Assembly: GCA_004431415.1 (NCBI GenBank)
Contig: QPMI01000673.1
Coordinates: 1 to 64,000 of the forward strand
Direction: 5' to 3'
Source of the DNA: Cyanophora paradoxa CCMP329
Taxonomy: Eukaryota > Plantae > Glaucophyta
DNA: 64,000 bases
Shown: in pieces, positions 47,610 through 58,870 of the stretch
How the letters are laid out: each line of letters starts with the position of its first letter
Position numbering within the stretch: the first letter of the stretch is position 1
Translations under genes and position numbers: made by a program
The notes under the pieces: model-generated
What the model was told of the DNA's origin: nothing
The model's input: only the letters and a program-made list of their open reading frames with translations
The model's database searches: none

Positions 47610-49652
47610 ATGGCCGGCGCGTTCTCCTCCGGCAGGTCCCGGCGGGTCGCTGACGTTCGCAAGCAGGCAACAAGCGCAAGGAGAAGCGGAAGCTTTCGCA
47701 GGAGGAGGGCGAGGCGGAGGAGGACGAGGTTAACCTCCTGCCGGAGCCCGGACGCGGTTCGCGCGCCCCGCCTCGTACGCTGCGTCGCGCTCAGACTCGC
47801 GCAGCGGATGCTGCCGTCGAGCCTGCGCCGGCGGAGGCGGGTCCGTCCGGATCGACTGGCCAGCGCGGCGCAGCTGGCCACGCCGCGGTGCCCGCCGAGG
47901 ACGTCGAAGCATGCGCGAGGATGATTTCGGAGCAGCTTTCCCCGCGCTTCATCCCAGAGACTCTGCACGGCGTCGACGAGCAGCGCCAGTGCGCTTTCCC
48001 GCCTTTCTTGTCGTCGCCGCAGCGCTGACGTGCAAGGGGCAGGAAGCTATACGAGATGCTCGAGCACAGCGTGATGCGAGGGCACAACCACTCTGCTCTG
48101 CTCATCGGGCCCCGCGGCTGCGGGAAGTCGCTCGTGCGCTGCGTAGCATTCCACACGTCATGCGATTCGCGGCAGGGGCTTGACTCGAAGCGCGGGGCAG
48201 GTGCTGCGGCACGTGATGCGGGAGCTGCGGCGGCTGGCGGAGAGGCGTGAGGGGGAGGAGCGGCGGGAGGGCGGGGAGCGCGGGTTCGGGGAGGTCTACC
48301 TGAACGGGCTCGTGCAGACGGACGACAAGGAGGCGGTGAAGAGCATCTCGCAGCAGCTCTGCATCGAGCTCAAGAAGGAGATCAAGGCGACGGCGTCGCA
48401 CGCGGAGCTGCTGCGCTTCGTGTGCGGGACGATTAAGGAGGGGGCGCGCCCGACGGTCTTCGTTCTCGACGAGTTCGACCTCTTCGCGCAGCGGAAGAAG
48501 CAGACGCTGCTCTACAACCTCCTCGACCTCATGCAGTCCTCCCGCGCCCACCTCGCCCTCGTCGGCCTCACCACCCGCCTCGCGCGCCCCGCCCCGCCCC
48601 GCCCCGCCCCAGCCCGGCCCGCCTGACGCTCCCGGGCAGGACGCGGCGGAGCTGATGGAGAAGCGCGTGCGCTCGCGCTTCTCCCACCGCCAAGTCCTCT
48701 TCCTCGGGCCCCCCTCCGTGGACGCCTTCGCATCCGCCGCTGCCTCCCTCCTCACCCCGCCCGGCCCGCCCCCGCCCACCGCGAGCCCGAGCCGAGCCGG
48801 CGCCCCGCCGGGGAAGCGGGCGCGGCTGGATGCGGGCGCGGGGGCGGGCGGGGCGGGGCGGGAGGCGTACTTGGCGGAGTTCGGGCGGCGGGTGCAGGGG
48901 CTGCTGTGCGGGGAGGCGGCCCCGCGCGCGCGGACCTCCAGGAGCGCTTCGAGGCCTCCCGTCACCTCGGCGACCTCCTCCCCCTCCTCGTCCGCCCCGC
49001 CCCGCCCGCCCCCTCCCGCCCCCTCGCTGAGGCCCGCCAGCGCTCCCTCGTGCTCTCCCTCGGCCCCAGGCGCCCGTACATCGACCCGGCGGCGTGGGCG
49101 GCGTGCGTCCGCGCGCACCGCGCGCCGCCGGCCCGCTTCACCGTCCTCGTCTCCGGTGCGGCTGCGCGGCGGGGCGGGGCCGGGGCGGGGGCGGGGAGGC
49201 GATGCGGGGCGGCAGGGCTGTCGACGCTGGAGGCGATCGCGCTGATCGCCATGCGGCGGCTCGAGGTGAAGCAGCGCGACTCGTACAACTTCCACATGCT
49301 CTGGGACGAGTACTCCAGGCCCGCCCACCCCGCGCCCACCCCGCCCCGCCCTGCCGCCTCGCGCTGACGGGGGCGGGGCAGGTTCCTGGGGTCGACGCGG
49401 ACGACGGACGCGTACAGCCGGGAGCTGCTGCTGAAGGCCTTCGAGCGGCTCGTGGCCCTCGAGGTCGCGCGCATGGCCGACGGGCGCCCGGCGACGGGCC
49501 CCATGGCCGAGTACCGCCCCGCCCGCCTCCTCGTGACTGCCGAGGAGGCCCGGCGCGCCATCGCCGAGGGCCTCCCTGACCTCCCCACCACCGTCCGCCA
49601 CTGGGCCGAGCACGACGAGCTCTCCGACTACTCCCTCCCCAAGATGCTCTAG
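47610..49652 (+). CDS. ORC4: Origin recognition complex subunit 4
   Basis: SALLIGPRGCGKS; YLNGLVQTDD; FVLDEFDLFA..KQTLLYNLLD; MEKRVRSRFSHR; YNFHML. Start uncertain. Confidence 0.93.
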
Positions 49653-49903
49653 CCCCGCCTGCACGCCCCTGCGACGAGCGCTCTGAAACACTGTAACGCA
49701 TACATTCGTACTTATCATAGTGTGCTGTCTTACTTAGTTACATCAATAATCTTGAAAGGTATACGCTCAATGAAATCTACTGCATTAGCTGCACTGCATT
49801 TATTACTGCCCATTATCTGTTCACGTCCGCATATGGATGGAGATACCGTAGTACACCTCTGATGCTCTGCTTGTGTTCTTCTGGACCCGGGAAGTTCTGG
49901 CAG

Positions 49904-51499
49904 TCACGAGGCGGCGGGCTTCGGCTTGGGCTGCGCGCGCCAGCGACGCCGTCAGCCGGGGGTACCCGTGGGGCGCGGCGGGACTCAGGGAGGGGGCGGT
50001 GGGGCGGTGGGGCGGTGGGGGGACCTGGAGGCCGATGGCGCGCACGAAGTCGATCCACTGCGAGACCCCGAGGTACGTGTTCACCAGCCGCAGCGCCACC
50101 GTCGTCGCAAAGGGCAGCGCCGTCCCCGCCGCCCGCCGGTACACCTCCCCTTCCACCCCGTTCACCGCCTGCCCGCCGCCCCGCCGTCAGCCGGCTGCGC
50201 GCGCGGCGAGCAAGAAGCAGGGGGGGCGGACCTGGAGGCGCAGATTGGATGCGGTGCTCATGAAGGCGAACCAGGCGAGGCCCGTGAAGAGGTACCGGGG
50301 CCGGGGCGGCGCCGGGACCGCCTCGCCGGCGCGGAGGCGGCGGCGGCGGTTGAGCTCGAGGAGGGCGGCGGTGATGCCCGTGCCGACGATGCCGGCCGTG
50401 AAGCCGACGCTTCCGAGGAGGAGGCCCTTGTAGACCACGGCCGCCGCCCGCTGGGCCGCCGTGTAGGGCGCGGCCCCCGCCGGGGAGCGGGCGAGGGCGT
50501 AGGGGGGCAGGGCGGCGAGGTAGCGCCGCAGGGGGCCCTTGCCGGCACCGCTCAGCTCCAGCGTCGGCGCCATGATCGCGAAGAGCTGCCGGGGCGCCCC
50601 GCAGAGCGCGCCGGCTCAGCGGGGCGCGAGGGGCCGCGGCCGGCGCGGGGCGTCGCAACTCACGAGAAAGTTCGTGACGCGCCCTACAATGAAGTTTGCT
50701 GGGGGAGGGGGGTACAATTCACTAAGCGCGCGGGTCCGGAGGGCGGAGGGGGGGGGGGGGGGGGGGGGGCGCCACCTATGACGTAGTCGAGCTCGCGCAG
50801 AAAGCCGTCGCCGCGCTTCTTGAGCTCGGAGGCGAGGACGAGGACGGTGGAGATGCCCTGCTCGACCCACGCCTTGCGCACCATGTCGGGGTCGGCCAGC
50901 GCCCGGTCCCGGAACGCGCGGCTGCGCATCAGCTGCCGCATCACGGGGCCCCGCCGCAGCGCCTCCAGCCGCTCCACCACGTCGGCGTCGATGAGGCCCT
51001 CCTCCAGCGCCCGCCGCAGGTCCTCCGGCAGCTCCACCGCCGCCTCCTCCCCGTCCCCCTCCCCCCCTGACCCCCCCGCACCGCCTCCCCCGCCGCCGCC
51101 TCCTCCCCGGCCCCGGCCGCTCCCTCCGCCGTGCCCATCACCCGGCCCGGAGCCCTCAGAGGTCAGAGTTTCGGAAGGCTCCGCCGCGGGCCACGGCACC
51201 GGCGCCTGTGCAGAGGGCGCCGACGTCGAGGGTGCCAGAGAGGCCGATGGGGGCGCCTCGAAGTGGACTGCGGGCAGCGGCTCTTGAGGGCCGGCGCACA
51301 CGAAGAGACGTCGTCGACGACGCTCATGGTTCGCCGCTGGGCTGCAGTGAGTGCTGGGGCTCGAGGAGCGCACGTGCACGTGCTCGCACAGCGTGCCAGC
51401 GCCGTGCACTCTTTCGACGGGGCTGAACAACACGTTTCGACGCTCAAGTCCGCCAGCCGCGACCGCGAAAGCCGGTGCAGGCGCTCCACGTGCTGACAT
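49904..51499 (-). CDS. RETICULATA-related (DUF3411) plastid envelope protein
   Basis: Transit-like N-terminus; poly-Gly tract; RDRALADP; KRGDGFLRELDYV; KG...VGFTAGIVG; SNLRLQ.VNGVE; WIDFVRAIGLQ. Confidence 0.88.
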
Positions 51500-51779
51500 T
51501 TTCCTGAGACGTGCTGCGTGAGAACCAGGCAGCTCACCGACGAAGAAGCTCACCTTGCGAGTCGCAGCGTGCGCTCAGTGGCCAGGCGCCTCAGAGGACG
51601 AGCGCTTTGCCGATGTTGAGCCTCTACCCCCCCCGCTGCCTGGTGCAGGGATTCCTCAGCGCATATGAGTAATCTCACTGATTCCTCAGCGCATTGATAA
51701 CACAAGCATGCTAGCTGCGGACTACGCAGGAGCTAGCTGGGTCTGTGCTACCTACGGGGGCGACAAGCCTGCGGGCAAC

Positions 51780-52062
51780 GGCGATATCGTAGCGGCGATA
51801 TCGTAGCTGAAATCGTAATCGCAAACATCGTAGCTGATAGGACTTGAAATCGTAATCGCAACATCGTACTCGCAACCTAGCTCCGCTAGAATCGTAATCG
51901 CAACCTAGCTCCGGGCCGCTAGAATCGTAATCGCGCGCAACCTAGCTCCGCTAGAATCGTAATCGCAACCTATAGCTAGCCTCCGCTAGAATCGTAATCG
52001 CAACCTAGCCTCCGCCCCTTCAATCGTAATCGCAACCTCGTAATCGCAACCTCGTAATCGCT
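51780..52062. repeat. Minisatellite built on AATCGTAATCGCAAC(CTAGCTCCGCTAG)
   Basis: Roughly 8-10 imperfect copies read directly. Confidence 0.85.
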
Positions 52063-52125
52063 CGAAAGCTTAGCAGAGATTACAGAGCGATGAACAGCAC
52101 ACAATCACAGCCGCTTCATTTACAG

Positions 52126-52470
52126 AGGGCGGGCGCAGCTGGAGAGGGAACGGTCCGCCAAGATTGACAAAGAGAACGCGATCCTGGTAGACAAGTTGAA
52201 TAATCCTGGTAGACCAGATAAGCTCCCAGAGCTGCCCAAGGCCCGGCACCCACATCCGAGGACCAGGAAGCATCTGTGATTGCTTTGCCACACTCAGGCG
52301 CTCCACCGCAGCGAGGGCAGCGAGGCCCGCCGCCGCGCCGCCGGCAATCAAGCCGGCCTTCGACGACACGCCCTCCAGCTGCGTCGGCGTCAATTCTGAG
52401 TAGGTGGTGACAATGCAGAGCTGCGTCGCATATGCGCAGCGCACCACCATCGCGGCTCAAGCTTCTTGAC
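52126..52470 (+). pseudogene. Possible Hemingway/CFAP97-like gene fragment
   Basis: An exon reads RAQLERERSAKIDKENAILVDKL; I could not build a coherent start or continuation. Confidence 0.3.
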
Positions 52471-52789
52471 GTCGTTCTCGCTACACTAAAATCACGCACC
52501 CCACTTACCTCAGGTTCCCTCGGAGCTTCTTCCCCCCTCCTTCTGCAATCTTTACCCCGGCCGGCGGTCAAACAACGTGCATGCACGTGAAATTTCACCC
52601 TGGTGCGCCTCGTTTCGTCTCAAGACTCTCAACAGAGCTGAGTGCTGGTGCGCCTCGTTTCGTCTCAAGACGCCAGCACCGACTGATTCCTCAGCCATCC
52701 TGCGGCGAGCCTGCCGCGAGTCCTGCGCTGCGGCGGACCTGCTCAGACTGTCTGCTAGCCTCGTTTACGCTACAGCACGCGTGGCGAGC

Positions 52790-54077
52790 ATGGCTGCCGC
52801 AGTATGCCTCGCAAACGGGAGCCGCATGCCGGTGCTCGGACGTGCGCAATGCCCCAGCGTATTGAGTTATGGAGTAGCTAAGCGGTCGGCGGCCGGCAGT
52901 GGGCACCTGGCAGGTGAAAGGCGTTGCCTGCAAGAACGCGGTCCTCTGGGCGCTGCGAGAAGGGTGCAGGCACATTGACACTGCAGCGATATACCAGAAC
53001 GAGGCCGAGGTCGCGCAGGCCATCGCGGAGAGTGGCGTGCCTAGGGAGGACGTGTACATAACCACCAAACTCTCGCCGTACGATCAGGGATACGAGGAGG
53101 CGAAGAAGGCGCTCGCCACCTCCTTGCAAAACCTGCGGACGTCATACGTCGACCTCTACCTCATGCACTGGCCCGGAAAGTCCCGCATCCCTCCGTGCGC
53201 CGTCGTCCACGCGCGCGCAGCGGCTAGCGCGCGCTAGCTCTAGCGCTGCGCCAGGTGAGCGGCGCACCGCAGGACCTCGGAGGAGAATCGGGTGAAGCGG
53301 GAGGCAAGCTGGCGGGCCATGGAGGAGGCGTACGAGGCCGGGTTATGCCGGGCCATCGGCGTGGTGCGAATGCATGCGACGCAGTGGCGCTGGCTGCGCT
53401 GGCCGCCCGGGCCCGCCGACCGGTCCCTCCCGATCGCAGTCGAACTTCACGGTGTCGCATATGCAGGAGCTCCTCGCAACGTGCCGCGTGCCGCCTTCCG
53501 TCAACCAGGCACGCAGTCCGGATCCAGCTGCAGCTCGTTTGCGAGGGCGCGGGGGCTGGGGCGGGGCGCAGGTTGAGCTGCACCCGGCGCTGCAGCAGCG
53601 GGAGCTGGTGCAGTGGTGCCGGGAGCGCGGCGTGCAGATCGAGGCGTACAGCCCCCTCGGCGTGGGCCACGTGCGAAGCGACCCCGCCCCGCTCCGGCGC
53701 CGCGCGCGCGCTCCGGCTTAGGACCGGGGACACGGCGCGACAGCTGCTGAAGGAGGCGGCCGTGCTGAGCGTCGCGGGGCGCCGAGGGGCCAGCCCGGCT
53801 CAGGTCCTCATACGCTGGGGCCTGCAGAAGGGCTACGGTGCGCTCGGGGCCCTGGCATCGGTCCGCGCTCGGGGCGCGCCTCCCTCGTGACCGGGGCGGC
53901 CGCGGGGCGCATGCGTATGCAGTGGTGATCCCGAGGAGCGCGCGGGAGGAGGGCGTGCGGGAGAACTGGGCGTCCCTCTCGGTGCAGCTGACCGCCGAGG
54001 ACGTGCGCGAGATGGACGGCATCGAGGAGGCGCGCGGCACCCGCCGCTTCTGCTGGGACCCCTCCGGCGTCCGATAG
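52790..54077 (+). CDS. Aldo-keto reductase
   Basis: GTWQ; RHIDTAAIYQNE; ITTKL; YVDLYLMHWP; RAIGVSNF; NQVELHP; AYSPLG; AQVLIRWGLQ; VIPRS. Confidence 0.95.
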
Positions 54078-54131
54078 CGCAGGCAACTGCCTCAGACGAA
54101 ATTCAAAGAAGAAAGCTGGGAAACGGAAATC

Positions 54132-55052
54132 CTATGCGGAGCGCGACAGAGTTCCTGAGTCTAGATCTAGGGAGTGCGGGTGAGATTGGTGCGGAGGGGA
54201 TTCGGGGGTGGAGCCCGAGGCTGAAGGGGAGTCCTGCCCTGCATCTAGACTGGCTATTCCTGCGGAGACTACGGCGCAGCTGGAGGAGGCTCCGCTTTCT
54301 TGGCCAGCCGGCGGTGCCTCCGTCTCGGGCAGCCCAGCTCCGCTCGCTGCTGCTGCTTCTGCGGCGGCAGCCGCCTCCCGAACTGCTCTAAGCTGAGCTG
54401 CGGCCGCTGCGCGCTCCGGCAGCTGGCGGCGGATCTCAACGTATATGTCTTCCGGCGGCCTGCCGGACAAGGAGCGCGCCAACTTGCCCTTCTTCTCCGC
54501 GTCGGCGATGCACCGCTCCTCCGGGCACAGGTACGCCGAGCGCCCGAACATTCCCTTGCGCAACCCGACGGTGTACGTTGATCCCGATCCAGGGACCACG
54601 TGCCGCACGACCCGAAAGAGCTCCGCTTGTGGCGTGTACTCGCGGCAGGAGACGCACAGTCGCCAGTGCATGCCCTTGGGCCGCATGCTCCGCCCTGTCA
54701 CGCGAGGCTTGCGGACAAGCCGTTGCTGCTGCGACGGTTGAGGTGGGGCAGGGGCCTGGCTGGGCGCTGACTGGGCACCGCCACGGCCCGCTGATTGTGA
54801 TCGAGGGTTGCGCTGGCCGCGGGACTGGGCGGTCGCGACGAAGCTACGCGGCTGAAAGCTCCACTGCACCTTCTGCGGCCCGTGGCCGCGCACGGAAGCG
54901 CCCCTGAAGAGCGAAGATTGGAGCGCTGGGTTGTGGGGGGCGGCGGTCTGCCAATCCAAGCTCGATCTGAAGTTCGCCGGCCGCATGCTGCCCGTGAGCG
55001 GCGGGCCCGCTGCGGGCAGCCAAAGCGCGAAGGGCAACTGCGGCTGTGTCAT
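54132..55052 (-). CDS. YlxR/DUF448 RNA-binding domain protein with a plastid transit-like extension, intronless
   Basis: RLCVSCR...ELFRVVR...GMFGRSAYLCPEERCIADAEKKGKLARSL. Confidence 0.88.
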   Translation of the reverse strand: MTQPQLPFALWLPAAGPPLTGSMRPANFRSSLDWQTAAPHNPALQSSLFRGASVRGHGPQKVQWSFQPRSFVATAQSRGQRNPRSQSAGRGGAQSAPSQAPAPPQPSQQQRLVRKPRVTGRSMRPKGMHWRLCVSCREYTPQAELFRVVRHVVPGSGSTYTVGLRKGMFGRSAYLCPEERCIADAEKKGKLARSLSGRPPEDIYVEIRRQLPERAAAAAQLRAVREAAAAAEAAAASGAGLPETEAPPAGQESGASSSCAVVSAGIASLDAGQDSPSASGSTPESPPHQSHPHSLDLDSGTLSRSA

Positions 55053-55117
55053 GTTACTGGAGTTCGATATGGTGCTGGAATGATGAATATAAGAGCGCTG
55101 TTGTGAGCGGTGCTGAT
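55045..55117 (-). repeat. 73-bp leader plus start codon segment, copy 2
   Basis: Matches 23193-23265 with 4 transition differences. Confidence 0.9.
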
Positions 55118-55318
55118 ACAAAGCGCGAAGGAGGACTGCCACACCCGGCCGTCGACGAGGACGCGCTTCTTGCAAAGGAGGAAGCCGAATACGAGACCAA
55201 GGTCAGCCGGTGCGGGGTACGCTAGCAAGCAAACGATCGAAAGGCGACTTGGGCTCCCCCCGGCACGATCGCGTGTTATTGTAGTGCCACATAGCAGGGC
55301 GAAAGTGCGGCGGCCGCG

Positions 55319-55696
55319 ATGGCTATGCTGCGCTTCCCGCCGTGCGTGCCGCAGCTTCGTCCGTCGCTGATCCAGCACACGGGTTTCAACCCGGCACCCG
55401 TCGACGAGGACGCGCTTCTTGCAAAGGAGGAAGCCGAATACGAGACCAAGGTCAGCACGCCGCCCGCCGTTGCCGCCGCGCGCACCCAATAGGCGGCAGA
55501 TGGCAGCCGTACGGGACTTCCAGGCGCCTAAGCCCATCGGGATGCTGAGTGAGGCGCGGCACGAAGACGAGGAGGCTGAGGGGGAGGTGAGGAACCCGCA
55601 GCGCGCGCCCGCGCGCCTTGCTGAGTTGCCGTCTCCCGCAAACAGGAGGAGGCTGAAGAGGAAGTCGAGGAAGACGATGAAATGGACGCGACTTGA
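55319..55696 (+). CDS. APC15-like small acidic protein (3 exons; absent from the ORF track)
   Basis: MAMLRFP...VDEDALLAKEEAEYETK|MAAVRDFQAPKPIG followed by an acidic tail; resembles my recollection of plant and animal APC15. Confidence 0.65.
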
Positions 55697-55956
55697 GAGC
55701 ATCTATTTCAACGGACAACTTCAAGTGTCCTGTGCAGTTTTTGAAAGCTGCGCGGCGAAGCAGTCCGCCACAGCGGCGGTACACCGGAGCTCTCGGCAAT
55801 CGGGCGCGGCATGGCTCGAGGCAGCCACCGCCGCCACTATCGGAGCTGCCTCGCAATTAAATGTCGTGGATCATGATCTCCGCTTATGCATGTCATCTTT
55901 ATGCGCATCGATAACACGTGAATCGTAATCGGGGCTGCAGTGGGCGGCTGGAGGGG

Positions 55957-57831
55957 TCAAGGCGCGGGGGGGTCCCTGGGGGCGGTGCTTTCGAGGAGGT
56001 CGGCGACGAGGGCCTCCACGCGGGGGACGATCTCGCTGAACGGCGGCCGCAGCACCGGCGACTCTGCGGCCGGCTTGCCTCCGCCCGAGGCCAGCACGCG
56101 CCCGGCCGGCCGGGCGGGGGCGCACCGGCCCAGCACTGCTCAATGAGGGGGATGAACTGGGGGTACGGACACACTTCGGCGTTGAGCGTGGGCCTGGGCG
56201 GGGCGAGCGAGTGGGCATGGGCGGGGCGGGGTTGCGGTGGCGGGGCGGGGACCGGAGGCCGGTGCGGGCGACGCGGGCGCCGAGGACGGCGGGGGCGAGG
56301 CCGAACTCCTCGTAGGGGAGCTGCCGCGTGAGCAGCTCGTAGAGCATCAGCCCGTAGCTGTACACGTCCACCTGCGCCCGCGCACCCTGAGGTCCCCGTC
56401 CCCGGCGGGGCGGGGCGGGGCGGGCCTTCTCGTCGGCCTTCTCCTCGCGCATGACCTCGGGGGCGATGTGCTGGTAGGTGCCGCAGGGCGTGAAGACCCG
56501 CCGCCCCTCCAGCTCGATCGTGAACCCGAAGTCCGCTGCCCCCGCCCCTCGGCGCCCCGCCCCCGCCGCGGCCCTGCCGGGGGCGCCGCACCGAGCTTGG
56601 GGGTCCAGTCCTCGGTCAGCATCACTGCGGAGGCCCCGGGGCCTCAGGGCGCCGGGCCGGGCGGGGGTGCGGGGCGGGTGAGGGGCCGGGGCGCACCGTT
56701 GTCGCACTTGAGGTCGCGGTGGAGGACGGGGGGCGAGCGGGCGTGCATCGCGGCGACGGCGCGGGCGACGCCGAGGGCCACGCGGGCCACCAGCCACGGC
56801 TCCAGCACGAACTTCCCGTCGTCCAGGTACTTCTTCAGGCTCCCCTGCATGGCCATGCGCGCCCCCGCCCCTCAGCCCCGCCCCGCCTGCCCGCCCCGCG
56901 CGGGCCCCGCGGCTGCCGAGGGGCTGCACTGGGCCCGCGCACCCGGCTGCATAGCTCCATGAGGAGGAAGAGCTTCGGTTCCTTCACGTTGCCACCGTAA
57001 CACCGCACCACTGCCCGGCGTCAGGCGCGCGGCGCGGCGGGCGCGGGCGAGGGGAGCTCCCGATGCACCGTTGGGGTGGCGTATCGAGCTGGCGGAGGCG
57101 GGGGGGACGCGTCAGGGACTTAGAGAGCGCACGTGGTCAAGGCAGAAGCGTGGTGGACCTCATGATGCGAACCTGCGGGCCGTCGGGTCAGGGCGGGGAT
57201 GGAGCGCTAGCGTGGCGAAGGCAGCGGTGCGGGGGCGGGGGGCGGGGGCGCACCTCCCGCTCGAAGTCGGTGATGTCCTTCGGAGACTCGATGTCCGCCA
57301 TCCGCACCACCTTCACGGCCACCTCGTGGCCCCGCCACGTCGCCCTGAAGACCTGCGCCCGGGCCCCGCTACTCGCCCGCCGGCCAGCGCGCGCGCACGC
57401 GAGCCGCGGAGGCCGGCGACGCACGTCCGCGAAGGACCCGTAACCGAACCGCCTGCGCTCTGTCCGCTTGACCTCGTCAAACGGTACATCGAAGACCGGC
57501 CCCATCTCGTCCAGGCTCGAGCTCGCTGCGCGCGGCGTCTGCGGTCGTCTACAGCAGCGACCGAACGTGGCAGTTTCTCACTTGCTGGCGGCGGCGCTGG
57601 GGCCTCCTGTGCCGGCTGGGCCGACTCAGACGCCCGCGAAACGACCGCTGGCGCGGCGGCCTTCGTTGACGAACTCGAGTTCTCGTCGTGCCTTCCGTGC
57701 AGCGTCAATTCGCTCATGCGCGCTTCCAGCTCCCGCGGCGCAGCAGCCGCGTTCTGAAGCAGCATGGCCGCGGCGTTCCGCGCGGCGGCGGATCGCGCTT
57801 CCCCCCCGGACATAAGCGTGCTTTTGCTCAT
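55957..57831 (-). CDS. Tyrosine-kinase-like (Raf-like) Ser/Thr protein kinase
   Basis: GYGSFADV; VAVK; HRDLKCDN; DFG; CGTYQHIAPE; DVYSYGLMLYELLT; LIEQCW. Start uncertain. Confidence 0.92.
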
Positions 57832-58163
57832 GAGAGCCAGAGCTGTGCTAAACGAGGCGGTGCCAGCGAGGGGCCAACTGCCGCTAAGCGGCGGTATCCC
57901 CCTCGCGAGCACGGTCCTGCACGGAGCTCAGGCGGCGCAAGCCGCGGCCCGCAGGCTGGCGTCTACAGCTGGCGCGTGTGCGGATCATCGCTTTGTCTGC
58001 CGAGAGTGTCCACAGTGTCCACATTTTGAAAATATGGTGTGCGACGAAGGCAAGCCGACCGCAGCCGCGGCCGAGCAAAACAAACGAAATCTACTGGAGC
58101 TATGGGCAACGGTGAGGTTTCTGTGCTTTGGGGCCGCCGCAACGACCCTCTGCCAGGCCCGCG

Positions 58164-58700
58164 ATGACCTCCGCAAACGAGGCCAGCGCTGCGGCCGCAG
58201 CTGTGGCCGGCATAGTTATTCGCCGCCTTCGTCACGATCTGACCGAGCGCTCGCAGCAACAAATCGACAACAGGAAATACACGAGTTACCTAGCTTGGTT
58301 CGCGCCCAACCCCCGCCGCCTAGATCAGTGCGATCTGAACAGCACAATACGCTTTGCAGTCTCGCGTCATCTAGACCGCGTTCCTAGTCCGTTCCCCCGG
58401 CGTCTGATTCGCGGTTGCAGGGAGGCGGATCGGGAGCGCGTGATGGACGTCTATCTCGCGCAGGCCAAGACCATGGCCGACGTTGTCTACCTTCGCGAGT
58501 TCCTAAGGTCGCCCCAGCACCGGTGACGTGGCGCGTCGCAGCTCACTTCGGTCGCATAGGAATGCGGGAAAGGCGGTCGCCCAGCACCTGACGCGGATCC
58601 ACGAGCAGCGCGTCCAGGATCTCGAAACTCAAGTCGGTGCGGTCTTCGCGCGACCGCATCTGCGCCGTCCAGCTCACATCCGCCGCGCTCAGAGATGCTC
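58164..58700 (+). CDS. Hypothetical protein or upstream exons of the next gene
   Basis: ATG-initiated, protein-like exons with splice sites; no recognisable domain. Confidence 0.35.
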
Positions 58701-58870
58701 AACATGACTAACCACGTGAATTACTTTCCTTCCGGAGAAAAGCTTTTCGCGAAGCTTACCCTCTGCCAGACCTTTGCTGAGGAGCGACGATTCCTTCTGA
58801 ACGCTCAAGATGGGCTAAAGTCGAAGTTCGGTGCGCGTACTCCTCTCTGGTTTCTTTTTGCTTTCTTTTT

